64,000 nucleotides of DNA from Diplonema japonicum (lineage: Eukaryota > Protista > Euglenozoa: Diplonemea): positions 310,001 through 374,000 of the forward strand of contig OZ025719.1 of NCBI GenBank assembly GCA_964019335.1, in the 5' to 3' direction. Positions 23,453 to 34,235 of the stretch are shown here, in pieces. The notes under the pieces were generated by a model, which saw only the letters and a program-made list of their open reading frames with translations, made no database searches and had not been told where the DNA came from. The position numbers and the translations under genes are program-made. How positions within the stretch are numbered: the stretch's first letter is position 1; each line of letters opens with the position of its first letter.

Positions 23453-23778
23453 ATCTTTAGTTCTTCCCCTCCCCTTCACCAAAGGAACTATTGATAAATT
23501 AATATAATGGAATGCCCAGCAAAAGTACTATTACCAAGAGGCACGGTAAGTGGAGTCGTTGTCCCTTGGCGGGAGGTAAGTGGTTTTCTCGATACTCTGA
23601 GATTACTTAGAGTAAATACTGGGAATTGAACCTAGGCAGAAAAGATTTAACGTTAAGTAATGGGCTCCTAGGTGCGTGGAGTAATTTCAGAATGAAAGAA
23701 AAGGAAAAAAAAAAAAAGAAAAGAAAATGAACGTATCATAAGCATTATTGCAGTGAGCGCATAGAAAATTCGTGATTC

Positions 23779-23812
<34 letters not shown>

Positions 23813-24171
23813 CTTTCGTCAACCTTTTTTTTTTTTTTTTTTGAACAAAAAAAAAAAATCTCTCGTCCCTCCCTTTTTTTTGTAAGCGCCTTGGGCCCCT
23901 CATCCCAGCTACGCAGCGTTGGGTTATTACAACGGCTCCGTAAGGGGCTACTCCTCTCGACCGGTATTCGCCTCCCGGCAACCCGCCATATCCTGAGAGA
24001 CAACTGTACAACTATTGTGTCCTTACCAACTTGGTTGAGGGTTTTATACCTAAGGCACCGAGGAGGATGAGCGAGGGGCCGAAGGCCACACCACAGCAGA
24101 AAGGTTCGATCAAGAGATAGATTGAGACTCTTCAGGCGTCCTGCCACATACCGCAGGTATCTTTAATGTCT

Positions 24172-24216
<45 letters not shown>

Positions 24217-24339
24217 CACGTCGGCGATGGTTATTTGCGAGCGCCTACAAGAATATTTGGACGATTCTCAGTACTAAAAGTAGAAGTTTTTTTTTTTTTT
24301 TTTTCCTCTTTTTTTTTTTTTTTTCGATGCAACCCTCCT

Positions 24340-24430
24340 TGACGAACAGCACGAGCGCAGAACCTTGGTTACCCGGGGTGCCCCTAATCAAGTAGACAGC
24401 TCGTGCAAAGCGCCACCAACACTGGCTCCT
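24340..24430 (+). mobile_element. Internally deleted fragment of the ribozyme-headed short retroelement
   Basis: GACGAACAGC...GAGCGCAGAACCTTGGTTACCCGGG and TCAAGTAGACAGCTCGTGCAAAGCGCCACCAACACTGGCT match parts of 45300-45487. Confidence 0.7.
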
Positions 24431-25514
24431 TTATATCTAGCCATAGGGTTCGAAAGGTGACATGCCGACAAGCCCCGAAGGGTTACTCTACACCTTAACC
24501 AGCAGGCTAAGACCCGTTCTAAGACGGGTTAAGCAAAGAATGGAGAAAAAAAAAAAAGAAAGAACGATTTGATAACTCTCTCTGATGGTCATTCGGAGGA
24601 ACTTTCCCTTCGACTTTCTATGAGGTCGATGTATTTCTTCAGTCTTGAACTGGTAAGATAGGGAAAAGCTTGGTCTAGGAGATGCATTCGTCATAACCCC
24701 CCCCCCCCCCCCCCTGCCACTTCTTGATGAAGGTTTTTTGCAGTACGCGTTGCTGCGATAGATCTCCTTTTACGGGGTTTAAGAAGGGTTTTCGCCTTCT
24801 TTTCTCACGTGATTTTGCTTTAAAAAAAAAAAAAAAAAAAAAAAAAAGTCGAGGGGCAGCTTTGTTCGGACTTTTTGCACAAAACGACATTTTTTGCGCA
24901 AAAAAAACAAAATGCCCAGCTCCTTCTTTTTTTTTTTTTTTCTCTTCTACCCTCCCCTTTGTTTTGTTAATTATTCTTGTTCTGGCGGAAAGTAAGTAAT
25001 TTTGTCTCACTTTTCAGAAATTGCGTCGCTCGGTTGACTGGAAAAAAAAAAAAAAGGGCCCCACAACCTTTGTTGTGATGCTTTTTTATGTGGAAATGTC
25101 GCGATTGTAACAACAATAGAGTGTTCTGCTTACTGCAACAGTCTGAGCTGGAGTCGTTGTCAGACTGTTCTACTTTTTTTTTTCTTTTCCTCCAGCGCAG
25201 GGATCGGCGCTAGACAGTGTGGTTAAGGGGTAGTGGGTTCAACCTGTTTCGCGATCAAATTATAGCGCCAAAAAATCAAAATTATGAGACCCTCCCAAAA
25301 AGATAATAGGGGCTTCCGGAGTGAAGAAATTTTTGAAAAGTGAGATCACTCATTGTTGACAGTGCAGTGAGAAATGAATAACTCTCGTGCGCACAAGCAA
25401 AAAAAAAAAAGAAAATTAGAAAAGAAATTAGGCATTTGGCTTCTTTTATTTGGTCCGCATCCCAGATTTTTTTTTTTTTTTGTTATGTTTTTGTTTTCGC
25501 TTTTCAAACCCCTT

Positions 25515-25548
<34 letters not shown>

Positions 25549-25721
25549 CCTCTTCGTATTTACCCTTTAAAAAAGTTTTTTTCTGAAAATTTTCTGAAAA
25601 AAAAAAAAAAAAAAAAAAAACCCTTGAATAAAAATAAAAGAAGAAAAAAAATTGTCTCGATTTTAGTGGTGCCATGCAGTAAAAAAAAAAGACGGGAGGA
25701 AAAAAACAAAAAAAAAAAAAA

Positions 25722-26732
25722 ATGGTATTCGCCCAAGCCTTAGCGCCGTCAAGCGATGCCGACATGGTGCTGACACGAGATGACATGACAATCAGAAAAG
25801 GATCAACCCGGCAAGGAGGGGTGAGCATATCCTTGGAAGGGAAGGAGGAGGGGTACATTCCGAACATTTTAGGGATGCCTTTCGTGTATTCAGAAGTAAG
25901 CTTAAAGATACCCGTCCCGCTACCGCCGGTATGGGACTCTGCGGGAAACGGAAACGTGGCTAAGCTACAAAAATGCCTTCAAGAAAGCGTGTCATTCCAT
26001 TACGAAGCAACGGTGGCGAAAGACGGCGGCAGCGGCCGTGCAGTCCTGACACCAGAAATCGAAGCAACCTCTTCAGGGGCTTTTAAAGAATGGTCTTCGT
26101 CATTGACGGAGTTACAGGACTCAGTACAACAAGGCACGGCACCTTACGGTATAATAATGAATAGACAAGGGTTGAACTCGGTGTGGTTCCTCACCAAGAA
26201 TACGTGTACGGTTGTGGGGGCAACGAGAATCATCGAAAGGGTAAAAGAGCTATGCGATGCAGCTAGAGTTGTCCCGTCGTCTCTGAGCAATCATTCTTTG
26301 CAGCTGCATGGTTATGTGGGGATGGGAATAGGTGTGAATTCAATTCTGGACACTCTGCCGATCCAGATAGGGTTGAAGCTTCCCTTGCTCCTTGCGCCTG
26401 TTCATTTTTTAAACTCCACGTCGCGGTTACCTACTATTCGTACTTTTACGGATTCGTCTAGCCGGTTTGAGCCTCCTACTCACTATGTTAAGCTTAGCGG
26501 GCGGATCCTTCCGCATTCTCTTGCTTCCATCTTCACCACCGCCCGTCTTTTGGGGTCTTTCGAGTCCGATCTCTCCCCCAACCAAGGGACTTCTATCTTC
26601 TCCTATGCCGTTCCCTTTCAAACCCCGTGGAACCCAAACACCGACCTACCGACTGCATCCACGCAGCAATGCCCTAGAAGACTTGTCGTGCATGAAAACT
26701 GTCTTAATGTATGTAATTTGGGGGGGAAATAA
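25722..26732 (+). CDS. DONSON (downstream neighbour of Son)-like protein
   Basis: C-terminal LPLLLAPVHF.NST and YVKLSGRILPHSL resemble the DONSON motifs PTLLSPVAF and LEITGPI.PHSL. Confidence 0.55.
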   Translation: MVFAQALAPSSDADMVLTRDDMTIRKGSTRQGGVSISLEGKEEGYIPNILGMPFVYSEVSLKIPVPLPPVWDSAGNGNVAKLQKCLQESVSFHYEATVAKDGGSGRAVLTPEIEATSSGAFKEWSSSLTELQDSVQQGTAPYGIIMNRQGLNSVWFLTKNTCTVVGATRIIERVKELCDAARVVPSSLSNHSLQLHGYVGMGIGVNSILDTLPIQIGLKLPLLLAPVHFLNSTSRLPTIRTFTDSSSRFEPPTHYVKLSGRILPHSLASIFTTARLLGSFESDLSPNQGTSIFSYAVPFQTPWNPNTDLPTASTQQCPRRLVVHENCLNVCNLGGK

Positions 26733-26952
26733 AAGCGGGGGGAAATAGGTTGCTGGTTTCAACGTGTCACGGCCTGAGTAGAAATCTTTTTTTTTTTTGA
26801 ATTTTTTGTCAGTCCGGAACGTGTTCTCCCGTTCGGATTAGAGTATTTTTATGTTTTTTTTTTTTTTTTTTTTTTTTTTTGCCAAGAAACCCCACCACTG
26901 GTGTCTGGAAACCAGATTCTTCAAGACAAAACGAAGGGAAAACAAAAAGAAA

Positions 26953-28380
26953 ATGAAAAACTACCAGAGGATAAAGAGACAGGCCGGCTGTGCCATCGCG
27001 ATGGTCCTGCTGCTGCTGTGGGTGACGAAGTCCAGCACGATACGAACGGAGATGACGAACGAAAAAACCATGGACGCGGAGGCCGTAAAGCAAATGATCA
27101 GACACTCATGGAAGGGCTACGTGGAATGCGCATGGGGTCACGACGAGGCTGCACCCGTAGGATGCAGCTCGGTCGACTGGGGTGACGCACCCATCGGTCT
27201 AACCATCATCGACTCCATGGACACCTTACACCTAGCGGGAATGAAAAACGAGTATCAGAAATGCATTGAGTACCTTCAGAGCCCAAAGCACACCTTCGAC
27301 GTCGACGTGACCGTCTCTTTCTTCGAGGCCACTATAAGGATTCTAGGCGGCCTGCTCACTGCATACGAGCTCACTCCCCAACAACCGTTACTGGATAAAG
27401 CTGTTGATTTGGCAGATCGACTGATGAGCGCGTACACCGGGGGGAACGGGGTGTTACCAACAAAGTACGTCAACTTAAAACACAGAAAAGGCCTGGAAAA
27501 AAAGAGGAAAACGCTTTGCCTCGCAGAAGCGGGGTCCGTCCAGTTGGAGTTTTGGAAGCTGTCGAAGCTCACGGGGAACAACACCTACAAGGACGTGTCG
27601 GGGAAAGTTCTCGATTTTCTGTACGAAAACAAACGGGAAGACAACCTCTGGCCGGTGGAAATCGACTCCAAAACATCCCTCCCCTACGGAAGGGTGACGT
27701 TGGGGGGAAGGGGCGACAGCTTTGTGGAATACGTTGCAAAGTTATACCTCGCAACCGGTGACGAGAAACACAGGCACATCTTCGAAGGTATGGTGCACGC
27801 GATCCAAACCAACTTAATGGTCGATGGGAAGCTCATTGAACGCAACGAAACAAAGATTATTTACAAAATGGACCACCTAGCCTGTTTCCTCCCTGGGCTC
27901 TATGCGATGATGTCAGTCAAATGCAAGGCGTGCCAGTACAAAGAGGAGATGCTGTCCTCTGCCATCGTTTTGGGTGATCTGTGTTATGACATGTACGAAA
28001 TATCGCCCTCAGGGCTCGCTCCAAATGCGGTTTACTTCTCCGACACCCCTCCGCACCCTATTGTGTCCCCTTTGAAGAAGTCATTGTGGAATCTCTTACG
28101 CCCTGAGGCGCTTGAAGCATGGTACTGGCTATCCCTTGCAACCAAGGATGCGAAGTACTCATTGTATACGCAAAGAGTCCTTAGATCATTCAATGAGCAT
28201 TCAAGAGTAGCGTCGGGTGGTTACACCTGCCTGAAGGACGTTACGCGGCCTCGTGTCAAGATCGACCACATGCACTCCTTTTGGCTTGCCGAGACGCTGA
28301 AGTACGGGTTGCTCACTCTGTCCGGCACCGAGCTCGAAGGAAAGGTCTTCAACACAGAGGGGCACGCCTTCAAGATTTAG
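26953..28380 (+). CDS. Glycoside hydrolase family 47 alpha-1,2-mannosidase (type II membrane)
   Basis: HSW.GY..AWGHDE, TIIDSMDTL, FEATIRILGGLL, LAEAGSVQLEF, GGRGDSFVEY, HLACFLPG, LRPE, SFWLAETLKY, FNTEGH. Confidence 0.95.
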   Translation: MKNYQRIKRQAGCAIAMVLLLLWVTKSSTIRTEMTNEKTMDAEAVKQMIRHSWKGYVECAWGHDEAAPVGCSSVDWGDAPIGLTIIDSMDTLHLAGMKNEYQKCIEYLQSPKHTFDVDVTVSFFEATIRILGGLLTAYELTPQQPLLDKAVDLADRLMSAYTGGNGVLPTKYVNLKHRKGLEKKRKTLCLAEAGSVQLEFWKLSKLTGNNTYKDVSGKVLDFLYENKREDNLWPVEIDSKTSLPYGRVTLGGRGDSFVEYVAKLYLATGDEKHRHIFEGMVHAIQTNLMVDGKLIERNETKIIYKMDHLACFLPGLYAMMSVKCKACQYKEEMLSSAIVLGDLCYDMYEISPSGLAPNAVYFSDTPPHPIVSPLKKSLWNLLRPEALEAWYWLSLATKDAKYSLYTQRVLRSFNEHSRVASGGYTCLKDVTRPRVKIDHMHSFWLAETLKYGLLTLSGTELEGKVFNTEGHAFKI

Positions 28381-28549
28381 TTTTTTTTTTTCTTCTTTTT
28401 TGGGATGAGCTGCACACCGCACGGAGGACACGACTGGGCTCCTTTTAACTCTTATCTTTTCGTGGTGATCTGCCGACGCCCTGCTCTTATCTTACTATTT
28501 TGTTTTTTGAAATACCGTAGAAAACCCCATTTTCATCCACAGACAGAGG

Positions 28550-29893
28550 ATGTCAGGGCGCGAGTATCGACGGAAATGCCCTGTTCACATCCAGGCTCTA
28601 ATTGAGCTTGCTCAGCATGGCAGATTCATGGTGGTGGCCAGCACAGGGCCGACTAGCTATGTAATCAAGTTAGAAGGGGACGAAAAGAAGTACAAAGTAA
28701 TGGTGGGGAACCCGCACAAGTGCAGCTGCAGGGCATCGGGGGATCTGTGTTTACATGTTCTGTTTATTCTCTTGAGGGTGTTCAAGGTGCCGGAGGAAAG
28801 CGAAGTCTGCTGGCAGAAGGGGCTCACAGACAGACAGATCCAGTCGCTCCTGGACGGCAGCATCACCATGCAGCGCAGGGCAGTCGTTCAGAAGCCGAAG
28901 GGAAAGCGAAGCAGCGTAACCCGCCAGCCCTTGGAAGAGGCGGACGAGTGCCCCATATGCTACGACACCCTTTCGCACTCAACGGACATCGTGTGGTGCC
29001 GCAAGGGGTGCGGCAACAACATCCACACAGCATGCATGAAGGAGTGGTCACTGCACTCCGGCTCGGGCCCGATTACATGTCCGTACTGCCGGTCAGACTG
29101 GGGCACCATACGTGATGTGAAGCCGAAGAAGGACACTCCCAAGGAGGTCCCGAAGTCGCATGAAGCATCGTGCAAGCAGTGCGCGGACGGAGTACCGATT
29201 GTTGGGCCGCTCTTCACTTGCACGCACTGCATCTCGTTCACGCTGTGCTCAAGGTGCGTGGCAGACCCGCTGGTGCACCCCAACCACGGATTCGTGGTGG
29301 CAGCAGTGCCTGGAGGGCAGAGGAGACACGTGGACAGGTCGCGGCTGACAAATAACAACATAGGCCTGGCACGGGCAGGGGTGGTAGGGACGGGGCTGCA
29401 AGGGGGGCGGGCACTGCTGAGCGCGAGGAAGATGTCTGAAGGAAAGCCGAAGACGCCACATGCTGAGGAAAGCGTGTCTCTTGATGAAGAGAATGTGTGC
29501 CTGCAAGTCAGCAGTAGACGTATCGAACCCCCCCCTGCATCTGCACCTGCACTTGCACCTGCACCCCAGGCATCTCAACCACTGCTGACACAGGACTCTG
29601 TCAACATGCTGCCCATGACGCAGTGGACAGGCGGCCCTGGTGCCTGTGGTGTGTGTCATGAAGCCTTTGAGTATCTAGACACCCTGCGTACCCTTCCGTG
29701 CACCCACACCCTCCACACACACTGCTCCACATGGTGGCTTACCAACAACTCCTCCCATTGTCCCACCTGCTCTACTCCTGTTTTACAACAGCCTAGACAT
29801 GTCTCCTTCGAACCGCTCCGAGCAAAGACTTCTGCAACGCACCACACATTTCCCTACAGACGGCCGTCAGCGGCTAGGAGATACTACAGGTGA
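28550..29893 (+). CDS. ZSWIM2/MEX-like E3 ligase (SWIM, RING, ZZ, RING-H2)
   Basis: CSC......CLH SWIM; CPIC..C..GCGNNIH..C RING; C..C...IVGPLF.C..C ZZ with HP.H; C..C..LPC.H..H..C...W..CP.C. Confidence 0.85.
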   Translation: MSGREYRRKCPVHIQALIELAQHGRFMVVASTGPTSYVIKLEGDEKKYKVMVGNPHKCSCRASGDLCLHVLFILLRVFKVPEESEVCWQKGLTDRQIQSLLDGSITMQRRAVVQKPKGKRSSVTRQPLEEADECPICYDTLSHSTDIVWCRKGCGNNIHTACMKEWSLHSGSGPITCPYCRSDWGTIRDVKPKKDTPKEVPKSHEASCKQCADGVPIVGPLFTCTHCISFTLCSRCVADPLVHPNHGFVVAAVPGGQRRHVDRSRLTNNNIGLARAGVVGTGLQGGRALLSARKMSEGKPKTPHAEESVSLDEENVCLQVSSRRIEPPPASAPALAPAPQASQPLLTQDSVNMLPMTQWTGGPGACGVCHEAFEYLDTLRTLPCTHTLHTHCSTWWLTNNSSHCPTCSTPVLQQPRHVSFEPLRAKTSATHHTFPYRRPSAARRYYR

Positions 29894-30115
29894 AGGGTGG
29901 TGAAGGGATGCGCATAACGCACTTTTTTCTTCTACTTCTTTACTTCTTTGTTTCCCAAGTACAGTTTTCTTTCTTTTTTTTTTCCTTCTTCCATTCCCCT
30001 CCCCCCTTTTTTTGTATCAGTTAATTTGACTTCTTTGCTGTAAAGTGAACGCAAACCTTCTTTTTTGTTGTTGATTTTTCTTTAGTACCACGAAGCGCAC
30101 CGAAGTAAAAGGAGC

Positions 30116-30682
30116 ATGGATATGGGGGACATTTTGCGCGGGGAAGGCGAGTGGGAGATGGTGCCGGTGGCAGTACGACGGGCCTTTGGATATGTACTAT
30201 CGTCGTTGGAGGAGCTGAAGCAACAGATAGAGACGAAAGCAGAGGTGCCCGACGTGTTTCACAGCCTGCAGGCTAAGGCAGACACAGCAGTGGTGAGGGA
30301 CATGACGGTTTCGCTGGGGGAGAGAGTTGCCTATGTAACGAATAGGCTGAACAGCATGGAGGAGGGCTTGCGCGCTTACAACACTCCGAACCCCCTTGGC
30401 AAGAAGGTCGCCCAGATCGAGGAGAACATGAAGTTCATCTCAGCAGAGATTCTGAAGGACAGGGATGACTGGGCAGATGTGAACATACGGCTGGACTCTA
30501 TCGCTACTTACATAGAGTCGGAAAAGCAAGATGGACAGAGGCACATCAAACAACCACCACAATCACAACTACCTCAGCAACCACCTCCTCCTTTGCCTTC
30601 TTGCATGTCCGGTGAGCCAAGCGATGTGGTTCTTAACCTGTCAGAAGAGACGCTTTCGTTCGTGGACCGGAGGTTAGAATAG
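30116..30682 (+). CDS. Hypothetical coiled-coil protein
   Basis: 188-aa ORF with coding-like composition and KA(E/D) repeats. Confidence 0.65.
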   Translation: MDMGDILRGEGEWEMVPVAVRRAFGYVLSSLEELKQQIETKAEVPDVFHSLQAKADTAVVRDMTVSLGERVAYVTNRLNSMEEGLRAYNTPNPLGKKVAQIEENMKFISAEILKDRDDWADVNIRLDSIATYIESEKQDGQRHIKQPPQSQLPQQPPPPLPSCMSGEPSDVVLNLSEETLSFVDRRLE

Positions 30683-30806
30683 TTTTGGTGGTTTTTGTAT
30701 TTTTTTTTTTTTAACAATTTTTTTTTTTCCATATGTTTTTTTTTATACAAAGTCACTACAAAAAGAGAACAGGGAAAAGAGGGGGAAAAAAAATTTAAAA
30801 AAAGAA

Positions 30807-32447
30807 ATGAGCAATGCAGCACCCGACTTTTCGGATTTTGGATACAGGGCGCTGCACAGATTCGCACCCTCCGAAGTGTATGTGGTGGGATGCTTGAAGA
30901 CGAAGAAGAGGTACGGGATGAAGCGGGTCAGGGTCAAAAGCAAGGACGAAATAGTCCCAGTATTCAAAGCACTGCAAGAAGTACAAGAGATCGAAGGGAT
31001 AATGCGTGTTGAAGGTATCGAGGACGGAGAGGACAAGCTAGGATACTTCAAATGCATGCTTTTAGAACTATGTGAAAACGGAACACTAGCACAACACGTG
31101 GGGAACCTAACCAAACGAGGCGCGCTCTTCAGCGAGCAAAACATTGTAAGAGTAGTCCAACAAATCTACGAACCCCTCTCGAGCCTTCACGAGAAAAGCC
31201 ACGCGCATCGAAACCTAACACCGGATTCTGTTTTTTTCTCATCGGCGGTTCGGTTAGTGCTCGGATCGATCCAACCAGAAGTACAATGTGGCCACGTTCC
31301 ACTCCACCCGTACCTTCCCCCAGAATGTTTCTCAGATGACACCGATCCAAAAACAATGGATGACAGAAGGGTGGACATGTGGGGTCTCGGTGTTATTATC
31401 CTCGACATATGTCTCATCCCTCACTCCTACGATGCGTCCCTTACTCACCAACGATGCATTGCAAACCAGCGTTCTGAACATTCTCGAATCAGAGCGTTAT
31501 TCAAAGAACGTGGATACTCCTCTTCATTGTCCTACGTTGCAGTGAAGCTTCTCGATAAGAAGCCGGAGGAACGGTATACTATAAAGGATGTGAAACGATT
31601 TCTTGATGGGGATGCAGGGGGTGGGTACCCTGATTTCACCCAGTTTGGTTTCAAATGTCACGGGGTGATCGGTAAAGGAGGGTCTGCAAAAGTGTTCAGC
31701 GTGGAGGAACTTAAAACTGGAAATCGTTTTGCTTTGAAGCAAACGCATATTTTGGACGATTCTCAGGCGACTAAAGACCTTGAAAAAGAAAAGGAACTGC
31801 TTGAACGTGCGGCGCACCCTTCTATTGTTAACTACCACTCCTCGTTTTACCGCGAGTCTGGGAGGGGCGAGAGGTTTTTTTGTATCGTAATGGAGCTTTG
31901 CAGTAATTCTCTGGATGGGGTCATGGGCGAACACCCTAAAGGTTTCCCGGAAGACACCGTTATTTCATATTTAAAACAGCTGTGCGAAGCGATGCGCCAT
32001 CTTCACAGTATGAAGATCTTCCACAGGGACATCACCCCAAAGAATATTCTGGTTACCAACGATGACAAATTGAAGCTTGGAGATTTTGGCATCTCAAATA
32101 CGTTTGGAGAAATGGCGTCTCACCCCAGGCACACGCGTATCGGGACTCCGAATTATGTTTCTCCCGAGGTTTTCGCGGGGGCAAGCCAGTCCGAGAAAAT
32201 AGACATGTGGGGAATTGGTGCAATATCTCTTGATCTGACAGGTTCGTTGCACTTAAGTGAGAAGCAGGACCTCCATGAGAGGATCAAGCATGATGAGACG
32301 GGGGAGCACTTGAAGGTTCGCTCGGAGCTCGTTCAAAGGGGCTACAGCAAAAAATTCGCCGACCTGTGCACACAACTACTTCGTTGCAGCCCCACGGAAC
32401 GGCCTTCCGCTGACGAGGTCCTTTTGATTCTGGAAAAAGAGTTTTGA
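30807..32447 (+). CDS. Tandem kinase-domain protein (N-terminal pseudokinase plus NEK-like active kinase)
   Basis: Domain 2 has GKGGSA, ALK, HRDITPKN, DFG, GTPNYVSPE, DMWG. Domain 1 has HRNL and LGS and no G-loop. Confidence 0.9.
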   Translation: MSNAAPDFSDFGYRALHRFAPSEVYVVGCLKTKKRYGMKRVRVKSKDEIVPVFKALQEVQEIEGIMRVEGIEDGEDKLGYFKCMLLELCENGTLAQHVGNLTKRGALFSEQNIVRVVQQIYEPLSSLHEKSHAHRNLTPDSVFFSSAVRLVLGSIQPEVQCGHVPLHPYLPPECFSDDTDPKTMDDRRVDMWGLGVIILDICLIPHSYDASLTHQRCIANQRSEHSRIRALFKERGYSSSLSYVAVKLLDKKPEERYTIKDVKRFLDGDAGGGYPDFTQFGFKCHGVIGKGGSAKVFSVEELKTGNRFALKQTHILDDSQATKDLEKEKELLERAAHPSIVNYHSSFYRESGRGERFFCIVMELCSNSLDGVMGEHPKGFPEDTVISYLKQLCEAMRHLHSMKIFHRDITPKNILVTNDDKLKLGDFGISNTFGEMASHPRHTRIGTPNYVSPEVFAGASQSEKIDMWGIGAISLDLTGSLHLSEKQDLHERIKHDETGEHLKVRSELVQRGYSKKFADLCTQLLRCSPTERPSADEVLLILEKEF

Positions 32448-33299
32448 AAAAAAAGAAAAATAAAATAAAAAAGTGTGTTTTTCCCCTAATTTTTTTTTAA
32501 TTTTTTGCAGTGTGGGGGGGGGGGGGGGGGGGGTGTAATGAAAAAAGTGTGCAAAAAAAAAAGTAAAAAAAAGGAAAGAAATGTGGCATTTTTTGTTTCC
32601 CCCCCCCATTATTTCTAATTGCTCCATTTATATCTTTTTTGTTGAAACCAGCAAAAAAAAGGGGGGGAGGGGGGGTTATTTTTTGTTTGTGCGTGCGGAA
32701 GCTTATGCTGATTGAAGGATGTGAGCCTCTCCTTTCACTATATTCTTTTTTTTTCACTCTTCACTGAAGGAGGGGGGGGGGGGGGGGGGGGGGGCGACTC
32801 TATGTAAATGCGTTGAGGTTAAGACATGTGGCGAAACGAATGTGAGCGGGTTCTTTTGTCAAGAATATCGGATTTGTCACATTACAGTTATTTTTTTTTT
32901 ATCCCGTGTCCCGATGTTGCAAGCCTTTTCTCCAAAAGCCTCGAATTGTCTTTTTTTTATTATAGTAAATTATTTCTTATTCTTCCCCACACACCTCCCA
33001 TCACTCCAGCAACGCACAACACACGAAAAGGAAAGGAGGAAATTAAAGACGAGCATTTTCCTTTTTTTTTTTTGTTTTTGTTTTTGTTCCCTTCCAAAAA
33101 AAAACCAAAAAAAAAAAAATGAGAGAAAAAAAAAAAAAAGTAATTTTTTGTTTTTTCCTGCAAAAGGGAAGAAAGAGAAAAAAAGAAAGAAAAAAAAAAA
33201 TATAAAAATAAACGAGGAGAGCACTAACGAAAAGAAAAAAAAAAAAGGGAAAAGAAAAGAATAGAGATCAATGAAGAGGATAAGAGAAATAAACAAATA

Positions 33300-34235
33300 T
33301 GAGCTCGTCCGGACGAAAATGTCAACACTTTTTGGGCACTTCCGAAAGTTTCTTGTTTTGATTATTTGAGCAAAAAAAGGGCAGCATGCAACCATAGGAG
33401 GATGACATATATGGTGTACATGACGCCGTTCTTTCAATTGCGATACTTGTTTTGCCATGAGGGTTGCAGGCTTTGCAACCGGCTGCCCCGGGAAGCGAAA
33501 AGTAGAGGTCAGAAAAACGGCGAAAAATGTTTAAAATGCAATTTTATTGCTTAAAATGCAGCATCTAGGGTGCCTAAAATTGGTGCTCAAGCGCACTTGT
33601 GACCCCTGGGTACTGTTAAAAGTACTTAGCGAAAAATATATGGTGCCGCATAGCCCCCGAAAATCCGGTTTTTTACACCCTATTTTTTGGCTTTTTCAAG
33701 GGGTTCCTAAGGGATTTTGGCCTTTTTTTCAGAAAAACCAATTCTTAACACTTGCCTGCTCATGCAGAGCTTCGACATTGGTATCTTTGGGGTCAAGGTT
33801 TCATTCTCTACCCATCTGCTGAGGTTTTTTCCTTTTCTTTTGCACTCATAATACTTTAAAAGTGAAAAATTTGCTAGGGGTTTTAGTCTAAAATAGGCCA
33901 AAATGGCACTTTAAGGGTAACTTCTCCCCACGACCCCAAAGGTTTCACAGATTTTCAATCTGCGTCCATTCCTCCTGTCGCTTTTCACGGAAAAATGAAA
34001 ATAAAAAAATGGAGTCTGGGTTATTCGTAACTACCAAATTGAATCGTTTGCCAAAAACCATTCTAAAAAACATGTTTTTGCACGTGCGTTTTAAAAATAA
34101 AACAAACGGCGAGCATTTTGTGCTCAAGCTTAGGCTGCATTTCTGCACAGACTACTTTTTTACTTAGAAATTTAACGGGGTTTTTCTGCCGCATAGGAGG
34201 GTCATTTGTTGACAATTTTTTCCCGGACGAGCTCA
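33300..34235. mobile_element. Non-autonomous DNA transposon (MITE) with TIRs and TA target duplication
   Basis: Left end TA|TGAGCTCGTCCGGACGAAAATGTCAACA; right end TGTTGACAATTTTTTCCCGGACGAGCTCA|TA; no transposase ORF. Confidence 0.85.

Noticed and set aside
24254-24271. TTTGGACGATTCTCAG shared with the kinase CDS at about 31752
   Set aside because: Single short match with no flanking similarity; probably chance.
25195-25260. tRNA-like A/B boxes (TGGTTAAG, GGGTTCAACC)
   Set aside because: No cloverleaf or anticodon arm could be built.
32793-32889. Possible two-hairpin H/ACA snoRNA (AAACGA...ACA)
   Set aside because: The first hairpin is weak and the box motifs are too short to be significant.
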